The translations under genes and the position numbers were made by a program. A DNA stretch of 64,000 nucleotides from Vampirovibrionales bacterium. Its GTDB lineage: Bacteria > Cyanobacteriota > Vampirovibrionia > Vampirovibrionales > JAJTHC01. Below, in pieces: positions 1-9,203 of this stretch (the first letter of the stretch is position 1; each line of letters starts with the position of its first letter). Location: NCBI GenBank assembly GCA_035285025.1, contig JAYKHY010000029.1, positions 10,955 through 74,954 of the forward strand, given 5' to 3'. The notes below the pieces were generated by a model. That model searched no databases, was not told where the DNA came from, and worked only from the letters and a program-made list of their open reading frames with translations.

Positions 1-9
1 TCAATCTTT

Positions 10-1152
10 ATGGCCTACGCCTACTTTAATCCTTATGCGCCTTTTACCGGTATTCCGGGGCGCGCCGCTGTGGGCAATAAAGCGCGTCAATCGAGTCAAT
101 CGGGGCAATCAGGTCAATCTGGGGCTGCGGCCTCCGAGAATGCCAGGGATACCCAAAGTGCCTCGGACCGGGCGAGCCGCCAGGCAGGGGGCGTCGAGGC
201 CACGCCGCGCAAGCTGATTCAAGGCCGTCCGGCCGCGCAGAAAGTCCAGAATGTCGCTGCAGCCGCCCAAACCGGTCTGCAAAGTGGTAAGGTTAGTTTG
301 CCACTGGGCACGGTGCTCGATGACTTTAAAAACACGATGTCTGCGTTGGGGACCGAACCCGAGAAGCGCAAGCACATTGAGCAATATTTAGGGGTCGTAG
401 CGCTCGAGGCAGGTAAAAACAAGCCTTCTTTGCCGTTAATCAAGCACGCGCTGCGCTCAGCCTCCGAAACGCTGGATGAAAGCATTACGCAATCCCTCGG
501 GCAGCCGTCTTCGGTGGTACGCGAGTGGATTGACGCGGTTTTATTGCAGGATGTTGACTTTAAAAGCCTTCAGGCGGGCCCTTCATTACTCAAAACAGAG
601 CTTAAGGATGCTGGCGCGCCTGTCTTATCGGATGATAATACCGCTTTAGACCCTCAGCTCAAGCAATCCATCTCGCAGCAAATTGCGGCGAGTAAAACCA
701 AGGCTGCCTCTGGTGATTTTGGCGGCGCGATTGGTGCTTTAACACAAGGGATCAGTGATTTGAACGCCGCAGAGGCCCAAACAAGTCCTTCGTTGCAAAC
801 ACATGTGCTTGCGGGGGCTTTATTGCAACAACGCGGGCTGATACAGCTAAAATCGGGCGGGTCGCAGCCTGCAATCCAGGATTTTAGCGCCGCTGCCGAG
901 CGGTTTGCGCTTGCGGGTCAACCCGAAAAGCAGGCTAAAAGCCTGCTAGCCGCAGCTACTGCGAGCCGAAAAAACGCCCCTGCCGAAAGCAGCTTAGCAT
1001 TTTACAAACAAGCCGCAGATGTTGCTCGTAAAAGCGGACAAGATGAATTGTTTAAACAATCTTTAAACGGCCTCGCACAAACCTATGCGCAGCTTAACCA
1101 GCCCGATGCGGCTCAAAAAGTCCTGCAATTGATCGATCGTCTTGGGGCTTAA
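10..1152 (+). CDS. Hypothetical protein (380 aa) with an N-terminal QSG tripeptide repeat and a TPR-like helical C-terminus
   Basis: This is a long ORF beginning 9 nt into the window. It contains an in-frame 9-bp repeat (QSSQSGQSGQSG) and an Ala/Gln-rich helical C-terminus. I recognise no catalytic motif. Confidence 0.5.
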   Translation: MAYAYFNPYAPFTGIPGRAAVGNKARQSSQSGQSGQSGAAASENARDTQSASDRASRQAGGVEATPRKLIQGRPAAQKVQNVAAAAQTGLQSGKVSLPLGTVLDDFKNTMSALGTEPEKRKHIEQYLGVVALEAGKNKPSLPLIKHALRSASETLDESITQSLGQPSSVVREWIDAVLLQDVDFKSLQAGPSLLKTELKDAGAPVLSDDNTALDPQLKQSISQQIAASKTKAASGDFGGAIGALTQGISDLNAAEAQTSPSLQTHVLAGALLQQRGLIQLKSGGSQPAIQDFSAAAERFALAGQPEKQAKSLLAAATASRKNAPAESSLAFYKQAADVARKSGQDELFKQSLNGLAQTYAQLNQPDAAQKVLQLIDRLGA

Positions 1153-1500
1153 ACGAACGATACGCTTATTATCGAGTGCGAGCCAGCGGAGATAAACGCT
1201 CATAAAGCAACGCGTCCACTTTAGGCTAATAAAACGATTCACCAGACCGTATTGTTCGATTTATTTAATGCTAGCCCATCCAAGCCTAACGTAGATTTGT
1301 CATCACCACCCAGCTGATTTAGCCTCGTGTAATATGGTATTGCTGATAAATGTTGAATAAGCCGTTTTAGCAGGCTTTTTTCGGTCTGCTCCGAGGGTTT
1401 TATTCAAGAGCTTATCATTTGCAGATTAGAATAATGCGGTTTAAAAGAATATAGTTTTTTAGCGTTCGCGCCGGGCGCGAAGTCTGTCACAAGGGCCATC

Positions 1501-3294
1501 ATGTCAAACAAGCTTTTTATCCGTAGCGAAGTTATGGCCGTTGTTGCACTGCTTTCGGCAGATGCGCTAGAGGATGCTTTTGCTGCCACCAAGGTCTCGG
1601 GTAAATCCGAGCGGGCGCGTCAAACCAAACGGCTGGCCAAGATTGAGCCTCGGGCAGCGGTGCTCGAAATTCTAATACGAGAATTACCGCGTAGCGCGGG
1701 CCACCGGCCGACTTTACAGACTGTTGCCGAACTGTTAATGAATCTGGGCGATATTGAGCAGCTGCAAAAGCCGCTCTGGGATTTAATCAAATCCGAAGAC
1801 GCCACGGACGATATAAAAGATGCCGCCAACATGATTCTCAGGCATTTGGGCGACGCAACCGACCCGGATTTATACCTAAGTTACCTCAACGATCCGATGG
1901 GCTTAATTAGCCGGGAAACCGAGCGCATGTTAGCGATGTCGGCCAGTAACCCCGAGGCGCTGATTGATTTTCTGGATTTTCTGTTCTCCTTGCCAGCAAT
2001 CGAGCAACAAAACCTGATTTACTCGTTACACGCTGATTATCCGACGGACGAGCTGCTAAATTTATACATTGCAGGTCTGTTGGCCGAACCTGAACCGGAA
2101 TTGGTCCAGGTAATGCTCAAAAACGTGGGGCAAATCCGCAGCCCGCGGGCTGCCCGCTTTATGCAAGCCATGCACCAATATTATCAGCAGCATCCGCGGT
2201 ATCAGGATGCTGACACACAAGCCGAGCTGAATCGAGTGTTCCGGTTGGCCGAAAAATCCTACAAATTGCAAGGCTTGCAGCCTGCGCAAACCGAATTTGA
2301 ACCCAAGTTGCTCTCTGCGTTCGATGAAACGAACCTGGCCCTGAAGCATTTTTTACAGGAAACCCCGGTCGAGACGTGCTGCATGACGTTGCCCGATATC
2401 ATGGGGAATCAGGGGGTGCTGGTGGCCCGTAAGCACGCCAACGGCGATTACGTGTTGATTTGCGTGGCGCTGAACGACATTGAGGGCATCGTCGATACGT
2501 TTGGGTTTTTACAATTGGCGCCGGATGACTACGAGCGGATTGTTGCCAAATTCCACGAGGAAAGCAGCAAAATCGAGGTGCCGGTTGCGGCCTGCCTGGC
2601 GCAACTGCAACGCGCCGAGCAAAAAACGCTTGAGCGCTATAAACCGCTCCCTTACGAATATGCTTGCTGGAAGGCGGCGCTGAGCGATATTGCGCCTGAA
2701 TCTGCCCTGTTAACCGATGATTTGCAGGACAACGCTCGCGCGCTAAGCCAGTCGCAGTGGCAAACCATGACTGAGGCCCTGTCGCAGCATCCGGATTTTA
2801 ACAATTGGTTTATCGATGAATTAGATGATCACGAAATGAACGAGCCAGACGCGCTTGCAGCCGCGGCCACGCAGCCGCATTGGTCGTTGGGTGTTGCTGC
2901 GTGCGTGCAGATGGCCGAAGGGCAAAATTGGGCGTTGCCGCAACTGGCAGAAGCGCTGGAGCAGGCAGCGGAGTCGTTGATGGCGCAATGGCTCTCGCAG
3001 CCGGCGCTGCGCGATGCGCTGGCGATGCGCTTGGCGCGTGCGGCACGGATGTTGCAATACCAGCATAGCGATACGTTTGCGGGGCTGGCCGCGACCGAGG
3101 CCACGCGACTTTGGGCGGGCGGCGGCCCAGAAGCGACGACGTTTGCGCGCTGGATTGGCTTGAGAAGTATTGAAGAGTGTTTGCTCAAATATCGCTTACA
3201 TCCGCAAACGGCGCTAGCCGAAGCACGCCATATTGAGCGGCTCCTCGAATCGGGCTGGCCGCCCAAGCGTGCGATGAGCCTTCAATCGTTATAA
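1501..3294 (+). CDS. Hypothetical protein (597 aa), helical and acidic, with no recognisable motif
   Basis: The ORF is long and uninterrupted with protein-like composition. Its stop codon lies inside the first unit of the downstream 95-bp tandem repeat. Confidence 0.5.
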   Translation: MSNKLFIRSEVMAVVALLSADALEDAFAATKVSGKSERARQTKRLAKIEPRAAVLEILIRELPRSAGHRPTLQTVAELLMNLGDIEQLQKPLWDLIKSEDATDDIKDAANMILRHLGDATDPDLYLSYLNDPMGLISRETERMLAMSASNPEALIDFLDFLFSLPAIEQQNLIYSLHADYPTDELLNLYIAGLLAEPEPELVQVMLKNVGQIRSPRAARFMQAMHQYYQQHPRYQDADTQAELNRVFRLAEKSYKLQGLQPAQTEFEPKLLSAFDETNLALKHFLQETPVETCCMTLPDIMGNQGVLVARKHANGDYVLICVALNDIEGIVDTFGFLQLAPDDYERIVAKFHEESSKIEVPVAACLAQLQRAEQKTLERYKPLPYEYACWKAALSDIAPESALLTDDLQDNARALSQSQWQTMTEALSQHPDFNNWFIDELDDHEMNEPDALAAAATQPHWSLGVAACVQMAEGQNWALPQLAEALEQAAESLMAQWLSQPALRDALAMRLARAARMLQYQHSDTFAGLAATEATRLWAGGGPEATTFARWIGLRSIEECLLKYRLHPQTALAEARHIERLLESGWPPKRAMSLQSL

Positions 3295-3494
3295 CTAAAA
3301 AGCATTAAAACAGGCCAGCAAACGATTCGAGCAGTTTTAAGTCGTCGGGCTGGCCGCCCAAGCGTGCGATAAGCCTTCAATCGTTATAACTAAAAAGCAC
3401 TAAAATAGGCCAGCAAACGATTCGAGCAGTTTTAAGCCGTCGGGCTGGCCGCCCAAGCGTGCGATGAGCCTTCAATCGTTATAGCTAAAAAGCC
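3250..3494. repeat. Tandem direct repeat, about 2.6 copies of a 95-bp unit, duplicating the last ~45 bp (stop codon included) of the 1501..3294 gene plus ~50 bp of downstream sequence
   Basis: Unit starts fall at 3250, 3345 and 3440 (period 95), with 2–4 mismatches per copy. Each unit contains the inverted repeat ggccagc…gctggcc. Confidence 0.85.
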
Positions 3495-3509
3495 TTAGCG
3501 CGGGTGCGT

Positions 3510-4568
3510 TTAGTGCGCAGGCGCTTCGGCTTTGAGTTTTCGGCCCATCAGGCTACGAATAATAACGGCCTCGTTTTCGGCGCTTACACCACTTAATGCT
3601 AGCGCTACTTCGGCCACAATCGGGGCCTCAAGTGCGCGCGCTTGTGCAAGCTGTAGCACCGCCTCGGTGGTGTTAACGCCCTCGGCCGTTACTTTTAAAT
3701 CCGCTAAAATCTGCGGAAGCGGTTTACCTTGTGCCAACTGGAATCCAACCTGAAAATTCCGGCTTAACGGGCTGTTACAGGTTGCAAGCAAATCGCCAAG
3801 ACCGCTTAACCCATACAGTGTTTGCTCTTCGGCGCCAAGGGCAACAGAAAGTCTTGTCATTTCTGCAAGGCCGCGGGTAATGAACGCTGCGCGGGCATTT
3901 TCGCCCAGGTGTTTGGCCTGCATGTAGCCGCTTGCAATGGCAAAAATGTTTTTTAACGCGGCGCCCAACTCAACCCCCGCCACATCCGAGCTGGTATACA
4001 ACCTAAAACGATGCTCGCGGCTGAGCGCCCGCTGCAGGCGCAGGCAGGTTTGCTCGCATTTACTGGCAACAACGCCCGCGGTGGGCAAGCCCATCAAGAC
4101 CTCTTTGGCCAAATTTGGTCCAGAAAGCGTTGCATAGGGCTGCTCGGGCAACGTACGCCCGATAATCTCGTGCATCAGCGAAAGTTGCTCAAGATCAAAC
4201 CCTTTAGAGGCATTAACCAGAACCGTATTGGCAGGCAGGCTGCCCAGCGCCTGAATCTGTTGCACCACGCTCTGCGTACCGCCACTGCTGACCACTAACA
4301 GCACGATATCGGCGTTTTCGATGGCTTGCGCCAACGAGTGCGTCAGCGTGAGCGACGCTGGTAACGTGACTTCGAGCGGAAACTGAACATGCCGGTTGGC
4401 TGCCATGGTCTCGATTTTAATGGCGTTGCGGCCCCAAAGCCAAACGTTTGCCGCCCCGCTTGCGGTTGGGTGCTCGGGGTCAGAGTAATCGGAAGGGTCG
4501 TGCGCCGATAATAGCCAGGCCAGTGTTAGCCCCCAGCTTCCAGAGCCCAAAATCGCGATTTTGGTCAT
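3510..4568 (-). CDS. gpsA: NAD(P)H-dependent glycerol-3-phosphate dehydrogenase
   Basis: The N-terminus reads MTKIAILGSGSWG (Rossmann fold), and the length (352 aa) and overall pattern match GpsA. Its start overlaps the plsY stop by 4 bp. Confidence 0.9.
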   Translation of the reverse strand: MTKIAILGSGSWGLTLAWLLSAHDPSDYSDPEHPTASGAANVWLWGRNAIKIETMAANRHVQFPLEVTLPASLTLTHSLAQAIENADIVLLVVSSGGTQSVVQQIQALGSLPANTVLVNASKGFDLEQLSLMHEIIGRTLPEQPYATLSGPNLAKEVLMGLPTAGVVASKCEQTCLRLQRALSREHRFRLYTSSDVAGVELGAALKNIFAIASGYMQAKHLGENARAAFITRGLAEMTRLSVALGAEEQTLYGLSGLGDLLATCNSPLSRNFQVGFQLAQGKPLPQILADLKVTAEGVNTTEAVLQLAQARALEAPIVAEVALALSGVSAENEAVIIRSLMGRKLKAEAPAH

Positions 4569-5158
4569 GTCAGGCGTCCTTCTTGTCCTTTTAAAAGACG
4601 ACTGATATTACTGCGGTGCAAAACGATGACCAAAACGGCGGCGGCACAGGCGTAAATAAGGTACGCATCAGGAACATTCAAAAGCCAGCACGTGATGGGA
4701 ACGACTAAACAAGCACTAATGGTCGCGACTGAAACGATTCTGGTCAGCTTAAACACTATCAACGCAACCACGGCTGCTATCAGGCTGGCGGCAGGCACAA
4801 GCGCAAACATGGTGCCCAAGCCGGTAATAGCGCCCTTACCACCTTTAAAGTTAATAAACACCGATTTGCTGTGCCCAATCAGGCAAAGCGCCGCAAAAAT
4901 AACGTGCCACACCGTGTGTTGCGGAAACAGGACCTGCGACGCCAAAACGGGTAAAAATCCTTTTAACCCATCAACAATCAGCACAAACCGGGCAGGGCCA
5001 GCGCCCGCAACGCGCTTAACGTTGGTTGCGCCCACGTTGCCGCTTCCGTGCGCCCTGATATCTAGCCCGGTAAGGCGTTTGACAACAATATAAGCTGTCG
5101 GTATTGCCCCAAGCAGGTAACAGAGCAACGCATAAATAAAAAACATCCAGGTGGGCAT
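4565..5158 (-). CDS. plsY: Glycerol-3-phosphate acyltransferase PlsY
   Basis: It carries the signature GSGNVGATN motif. The 197-aa polytopic membrane protein forms a plsY–gpsA operon. Confidence 0.9.
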   Translation of the reverse strand: MPTWMFFIYALLCYLLGAIPTAYIVVKRLTGLDIRAHGSGNVGATNVKRVAGAGPARFVLIVDGLKGFLPVLASQVLFPQHTVWHVIFAALCLIGHSKSVFINFKGGKGAITGLGTMFALVPAASLIAAVVALIVFKLTRIVSVATISACLVVPITCWLLNVPDAYLIYACAAAVLVIVLHRSNISRLLKGQEGRLT

Positions 5159-5485
5159 AGTGGGCTATATTGTAGCCAGAGCTTACGCGGACTTCAATTG
5201 TTTTGTAAGAATCCATGCTGTGGCACAGAAATTAAATAATTACCGATGCGGGGATTGTTAAAAAAAGAGCTGTTTTTGTGAGTAAGAGCCATGGGGGCTA
5301 CAGACCGTGTAGAGGTTTAGTTGAGCGTTTACAGCAACCCGCAGAAGCCAAAGCCTAACCCTCCGTTGCGCTTCTTATTCTGATGCTGAGTCTAGCTGAT
5401 TGGCTCGCAGAGTGGATAAGGTTATGGGTTGGCGTGTGCCCGCGGTATACTGCGGTTATTCAAGCTTTTTTAGAGTTTTGTTGAT

Positions 5486-6235
5486 TTGTTTCGTCAAAAA
5501 TTTACTAGCATGACACTACAGACGACAGAAAAAAGCGTAAGGCGACCTCAAAAATTTACCAGTCGCTTGCGGCCGTCGGTTTCAAATGCATCCGGGGGCG
5601 CGCGGCGTGCGATTAATTCAGGCTCTGCAGCTGTTCGCAGGCTTGTTTCGTTACCCGGGTTAACCAGCGTGTTGGTTATTGCCTCGGGGCTGCTGGCGTT
5701 AAGCGTGTTTTTACTGCCGTTACCCGATTTTTTCACGCCCACACCTCGGCTTTATAGTTTGGCCATGGTCTGGCTTGTGCTGTGCAGCGCCAGTTTTAAG
5801 CCGCCGCTTACGTTTACGGCGCTTGCAGGCCTAATAATATGTGCAATCGCAGGCATCCCATTGTTGGGACATTGGCAAGGCCTGGCCTACGTTACGTCTG
5901 CTTCTATGGGGTACTGGCTAGGCGCGCTGATCGTCTCTGTCGCGTTGCCTTATTTCGTCAAGCGTTCGTCGGCCGGGCGAACGTCATTTATACGCGTCTT
6001 GGGGATTGCCCTAGTCTCGATATTGCTATTGCACGGTGTGGGTAGCATTTGGCTGTTGGGGCAGAGCTTAGTGCAGGCCGCGATGCTCCAAAGCCTGTCA
6101 CAGTGGCTACAATCATTCTGGGCAAGCTGGACGGGGTATACGCTATACCCGATTGGTTACGACATGTTGGGCGTAACCCTGCTTTTGGCACCTGTTTTAC
6201 TATTGCGCAGCGCACTGCTTAAGCTGACAACTTAG
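5486..6235 (+). CDS. Polytopic membrane protein, possibly BioY-family; the true start is probably downstream of 5486
   Basis: The protein has 5–6 hydrophobic helices and a basic, low-complexity N-terminal extension. It shows weak BioY-like topology and a GY(W/L)xG pattern. Confidence 0.4.
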   Translation: MFRQKFTSMTLQTTEKSVRRPQKFTSRLRPSVSNASGGARRAINSGSAAVRRLVSLPGLTSVLVIASGLLALSVFLLPLPDFFTPTPRLYSLAMVWLVLCSASFKPPLTFTALAGLIICAIAGIPLLGHWQGLAYVTSASMGYWLGALIVSVALPYFVKRSSAGRTSFIRVLGIALVSILLLHGVGSIWLLGQSLVQAAMLQSLSQWLQSFWASWTGYTLYPIGYDMLGVTLLLAPVLLLRSALLKLTT

Positions 6236-6253
6236 GCATGAATAGGCGTGTGT

Positions 6254-7717
6254 TTAAGCTTGCTGCGTCAGTTGCGCCTGAATTTTGCTTGCCATTGCGC
6301 TGTTGCCCTGGCTTTCCATCCGCTGCGCAACGGTTTGTAAAAAGGCTCTGACGTCGGTAGTCAAGGGTTGCGTGGGGGCAGCTAGGGTCGTCGAAGCTGG
6401 ACGCTGAGCGCGGGGTTTTTGCGGTGCCACCGGGGTTTGATATCGATTAGCTTTTGACCCTGCATTAGGTACTGACAGCCCAGGCGTGCGATTCGCGGAG
6501 GCTAATCCGTTCAGGGTGTTTATTTGAGGATTACTGGCTTTTCCAAGTCCCAAGCTGTGGCCTTTAGACTGGGGCTGCGGACGAACCTGCTGCTGCGAGC
6601 CGTAACTGGCTAACGCTTGCCGCAATGTCGTGTTACCTGCCGAGGCCGAAGCCTTGGCCGCCAAGGCACGATTGCCAGAGCTATTTGATAGCGGGCTTTG
6701 CCGCGTGCTTAATAAATCCGAGCGTAAATCGCCCGGCTTGGCTGCGCTACTGCGGCTAGATTCTACTGTTAATGTTTCATCAAACGAGGAGGCACCCGCT
6801 TGAGCGGCTTTTTTACGGCTTATAATCAGTTTCAGGGTAATCAGGCCAATAACGCAGCCCAGGCCCAACAGGCACCCCAGCGCAAGCGTCAGGGTTTGCA
6901 TAAGCTCTGGGCGTTTTTGCGCAATTGAGTAGGCTTTATTGAGCCCCGGCAGTATCTCGCCAATGCTCCCTAGCTGCTTGACGTCAGGCTGGCCAGCGTC
7001 CGGATTTAACTGGAATTGCGTTTGGGCCTCGGGCGTTGTTGCAAGGGTTGGTTTTTCGGGGGTTAAGCCTTCGGGCGCAGTTTTTGGCGTTGCAGCCTGG
7101 GGTTGCGCAGGATTCTCGGAAGATTTGAGCAACGCACTTAGCGGTATCGATGGCTCGCTTGCTGGCTCAGGCTTTTTAAATGCGGCTTGGGGCGCAATTG
7201 TGTTGCTGTTTAAGGTGGTTTGGCCTGCCATCGGCATGCCAGCGGTAGTCAAGGGCGCTTCTGTTTGCTGATTGTTGCCGGCAGCTGCGCCAATGCTGGT
7301 CTGGCTGCTTGCTAGTTGCAGCGATCTGGTGGGTTGCGGCGGTAAGCTGTACCCAACCTGCACGCCAGATAAGTTTCGTCCCGTCAGGCTGATTTTTAAA
7401 TCTTGATGATCCCGCTCAATGATGGCCCCTGTCAGGCGCTGCGTGTTTTTAAACCGTGTTTTAATTGTGCCAGCGGCCGGGTTTGCTTGCTTAAGCCGAA
7501 TCACAATGCGGTTTTCGGAGCTGGATTCGACGCTATAGCCTAAGGTTTCTTCGCTATGGACGTTTAAACGAATCTGACCCCGTTCGCCGTCTGCAAAATC
7601 AACCTGAGACACCGGCACCGCCCAAGCTGCCGTTGCCAAAAAGGCGGGCATAAAGCTTATGGCAAACAGCGCCAGATAATGTTGGGTAACGTTGCGAGTC
7701 TGGAGTTTGTAAGGCAT
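6254..7717 (-). CDS. Secreted/membrane protein with an N-terminal AMIN-like domain, a Pro/Thr/Gln linker, one TM helix and a Ser/Ala-rich C-terminal region
   Basis: A signal peptide (…ATAAWA) is followed by a ~100-aa beta-rich block resembling the AMIN domains found in PilQ and AmiC. The linker is PQAATPKTAPEGLTPEKP and the TM helix is LGCLLGLGCVIGLITLKLII. Confidence 0.5.
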   Translation of the reverse strand: MPYKLQTRNVTQHYLALFAISFMPAFLATAAWAVPVSQVDFADGERGQIRLNVHSEETLGYSVESSSENRIVIRLKQANPAAGTIKTRFKNTQRLTGAIIERDHQDLKISLTGRNLSGVQVGYSLPPQPTRSLQLASSQTSIGAAAGNNQQTEAPLTTAGMPMAGQTTLNSNTIAPQAAFKKPEPASEPSIPLSALLKSSENPAQPQAATPKTAPEGLTPEKPTLATTPEAQTQFQLNPDAGQPDVKQLGSIGEILPGLNKAYSIAQKRPELMQTLTLALGCLLGLGCVIGLITLKLIISRKKAAQAGASSFDETLTVESSRSSAAKPGDLRSDLLSTRQSPLSNSSGNRALAAKASASAGNTTLRQALASYGSQQQVRPQPQSKGHSLGLGKASNPQINTLNGLASANRTPGLSVPNAGSKANRYQTPVAPQKPRAQRPASTTLAAPTQPLTTDVRAFLQTVAQRMESQGNSAMASKIQAQLTQQA

Positions 7718-7977
7718 TGCAAGACGCTCCGCAAACCGGGGTGTAAGCTAGACGTTAATGAGACATTTAAAGGAGTTTAAAGGTTAAGATTAGAAGGCAA
7801 ACGGGCCAATCGGGCTCAAGATGATTAAACAGGGCTCGGGCCTCGGCTTTGGCTTGATGCTTACTTGTGTCAATCAGTCGCCTGCAACCGCTCGAAGACA
7901 GGTGCCTGTATTCACTACTTTAAACGGGGTAGGGTTCTGCTTGCGTCCACCAGACGGAGGAGCTTTTGATTAAAATA

Positions 7978-8667
7978 CTAAAGCTGTAACGCATGAATCA
8001 TCGCGCGCAGTTTTTCGGGGCTTTTTTGGCCCGCAGTAACCTCAATCCCCGAGGCTACATCAATGGCATCGGCCCAAGGCCAGACGCTTTGCACCACGGG
8101 GGGCATGGTTTGTGGCGTAAACCCGCCGGCCACCCAAATTTGTGCCCTAAGGGTATTTGCACTGCTGTCTTTGTTTCTGCCTTTATCTATATTTATCGTA
8201 AGTCCTGCTGCTTGTGCCAACGTGTGGGGTACGCGCTGCCAAAAATCGGCTTCCGGTTGCTTGCTTGCGTCTTCTAGCAGCCATGCGTATGGTTTTAACG
8301 GTTGCCAGTCCTGTATAGCGTGTTTCAGGGGCCAATTGGCATCCCGGAGCATTAACGTTTTAATAATGGGGTAGGGGCTCTTGGCAAAGTCTTGCGCCCG
8401 CTCTTGCCCGTGGAGCTGGATAAACTCCAGGCCGGCCTGCTCTGCGATTGAGAAAACAAGGCTTGCGGGCTGATCCCGAAATACGCCTACCGTAGGAATC
8501 CCCAGCGGCCTGGCTTGCTGGCAAATGGCTTTGGCTACCTCAATGTCCGCAATGTATCGCGGCGTATCGGGCACAAAAATCAAGCCTAAAAATGCGGCAC
8601 CGTGGTTTATGCATAACTCGGCATCGGCGATGTGGGTAATGCCACAGGTTTTAAGCGCAATCGACAT
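7978..8667 (-). CDS. trpF: N-(5'-phosphoribosyl)anthranilate isomerase-like protein
   Basis: Sequence blocks LKTCGIT, LGLIF, IQLHGQE, AGG and IDVASGIE align with TrpF blocks. The usual GG(T/S)G phosphate-binding motif is not apparent. Confidence 0.65.
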   Translation of the reverse strand: MSIALKTCGITHIADAELCINHGAAFLGLIFVPDTPRYIADIEVAKAICQQARPLGIPTVGVFRDQPASLVFSIAEQAGLEFIQLHGQERAQDFAKSPYPIIKTLMLRDANWPLKHAIQDWQPLKPYAWLLEDASKQPEADFWQRVPHTLAQAAGLTINIDKGRNKDSSANTLRAQIWVAGGFTPQTMPPVVQSVWPWADAIDVASGIEVTAGQKSPEKLRAMIHALQL

Positions 8668-9203
8668 GGGTTAAAGCCTTTATTGGTTACGGGCAGACGC
8701 GCGCAGACGGTATTGCGCGCAGAAGGGTTTGATTAATGCTAAACAGTTTTAACCCAAAGTTGATGCGTTAGAACGCGAAGTTGATGGGTGAGAGCGTGCG
8801 GCTTTTTAAATCTGGTCTCTGGTCTCATTTAATTAAGTCGAGTCGCATCAGGTCGCGATGGCATGTAAGATTGAGCAATGCCCGTGGGTTGCGGCATAAT
8901 AAACAGCAATATGTTGTTTATTAAGACGTTATTGCGTTTGCACAAGAATTTAAATGGATCAGCATGCCTTTTTGTCGCTCAAGACGCAGGTTTAGCGTTC
9001 GTGTTCAGCCCGGTTCGCCTTTTAATAAAAAGGATTTAGGTCCAATAGAGTCAATTAACTTAAGATTTACCAGGTTTATGGCACTGTGGCCTTGAAAATA
9101 CAGTCAGGGTAAGCATTTTTCAACCTAAAGTGTTTGATTTGCTTTTTAAAATAGTAAGTATCGTGATCGTTATACAGGCAGCCTTAATCTGCCAACAGGA
9201 GCA

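Noticed and set aside
2829-3266. 145-aa minus-strand Cys/Ala/Ser-rich ORF inside the 1501..3294 gene
   Set aside because: It is a GC-rich antisense artefact with a non-protein-like composition.
3250-3494. Possible CRISPR array
   Set aside because: The repeats are contiguous 95-bp units with no unique spacers and only 2.6 copies. No cas genes are in the window.
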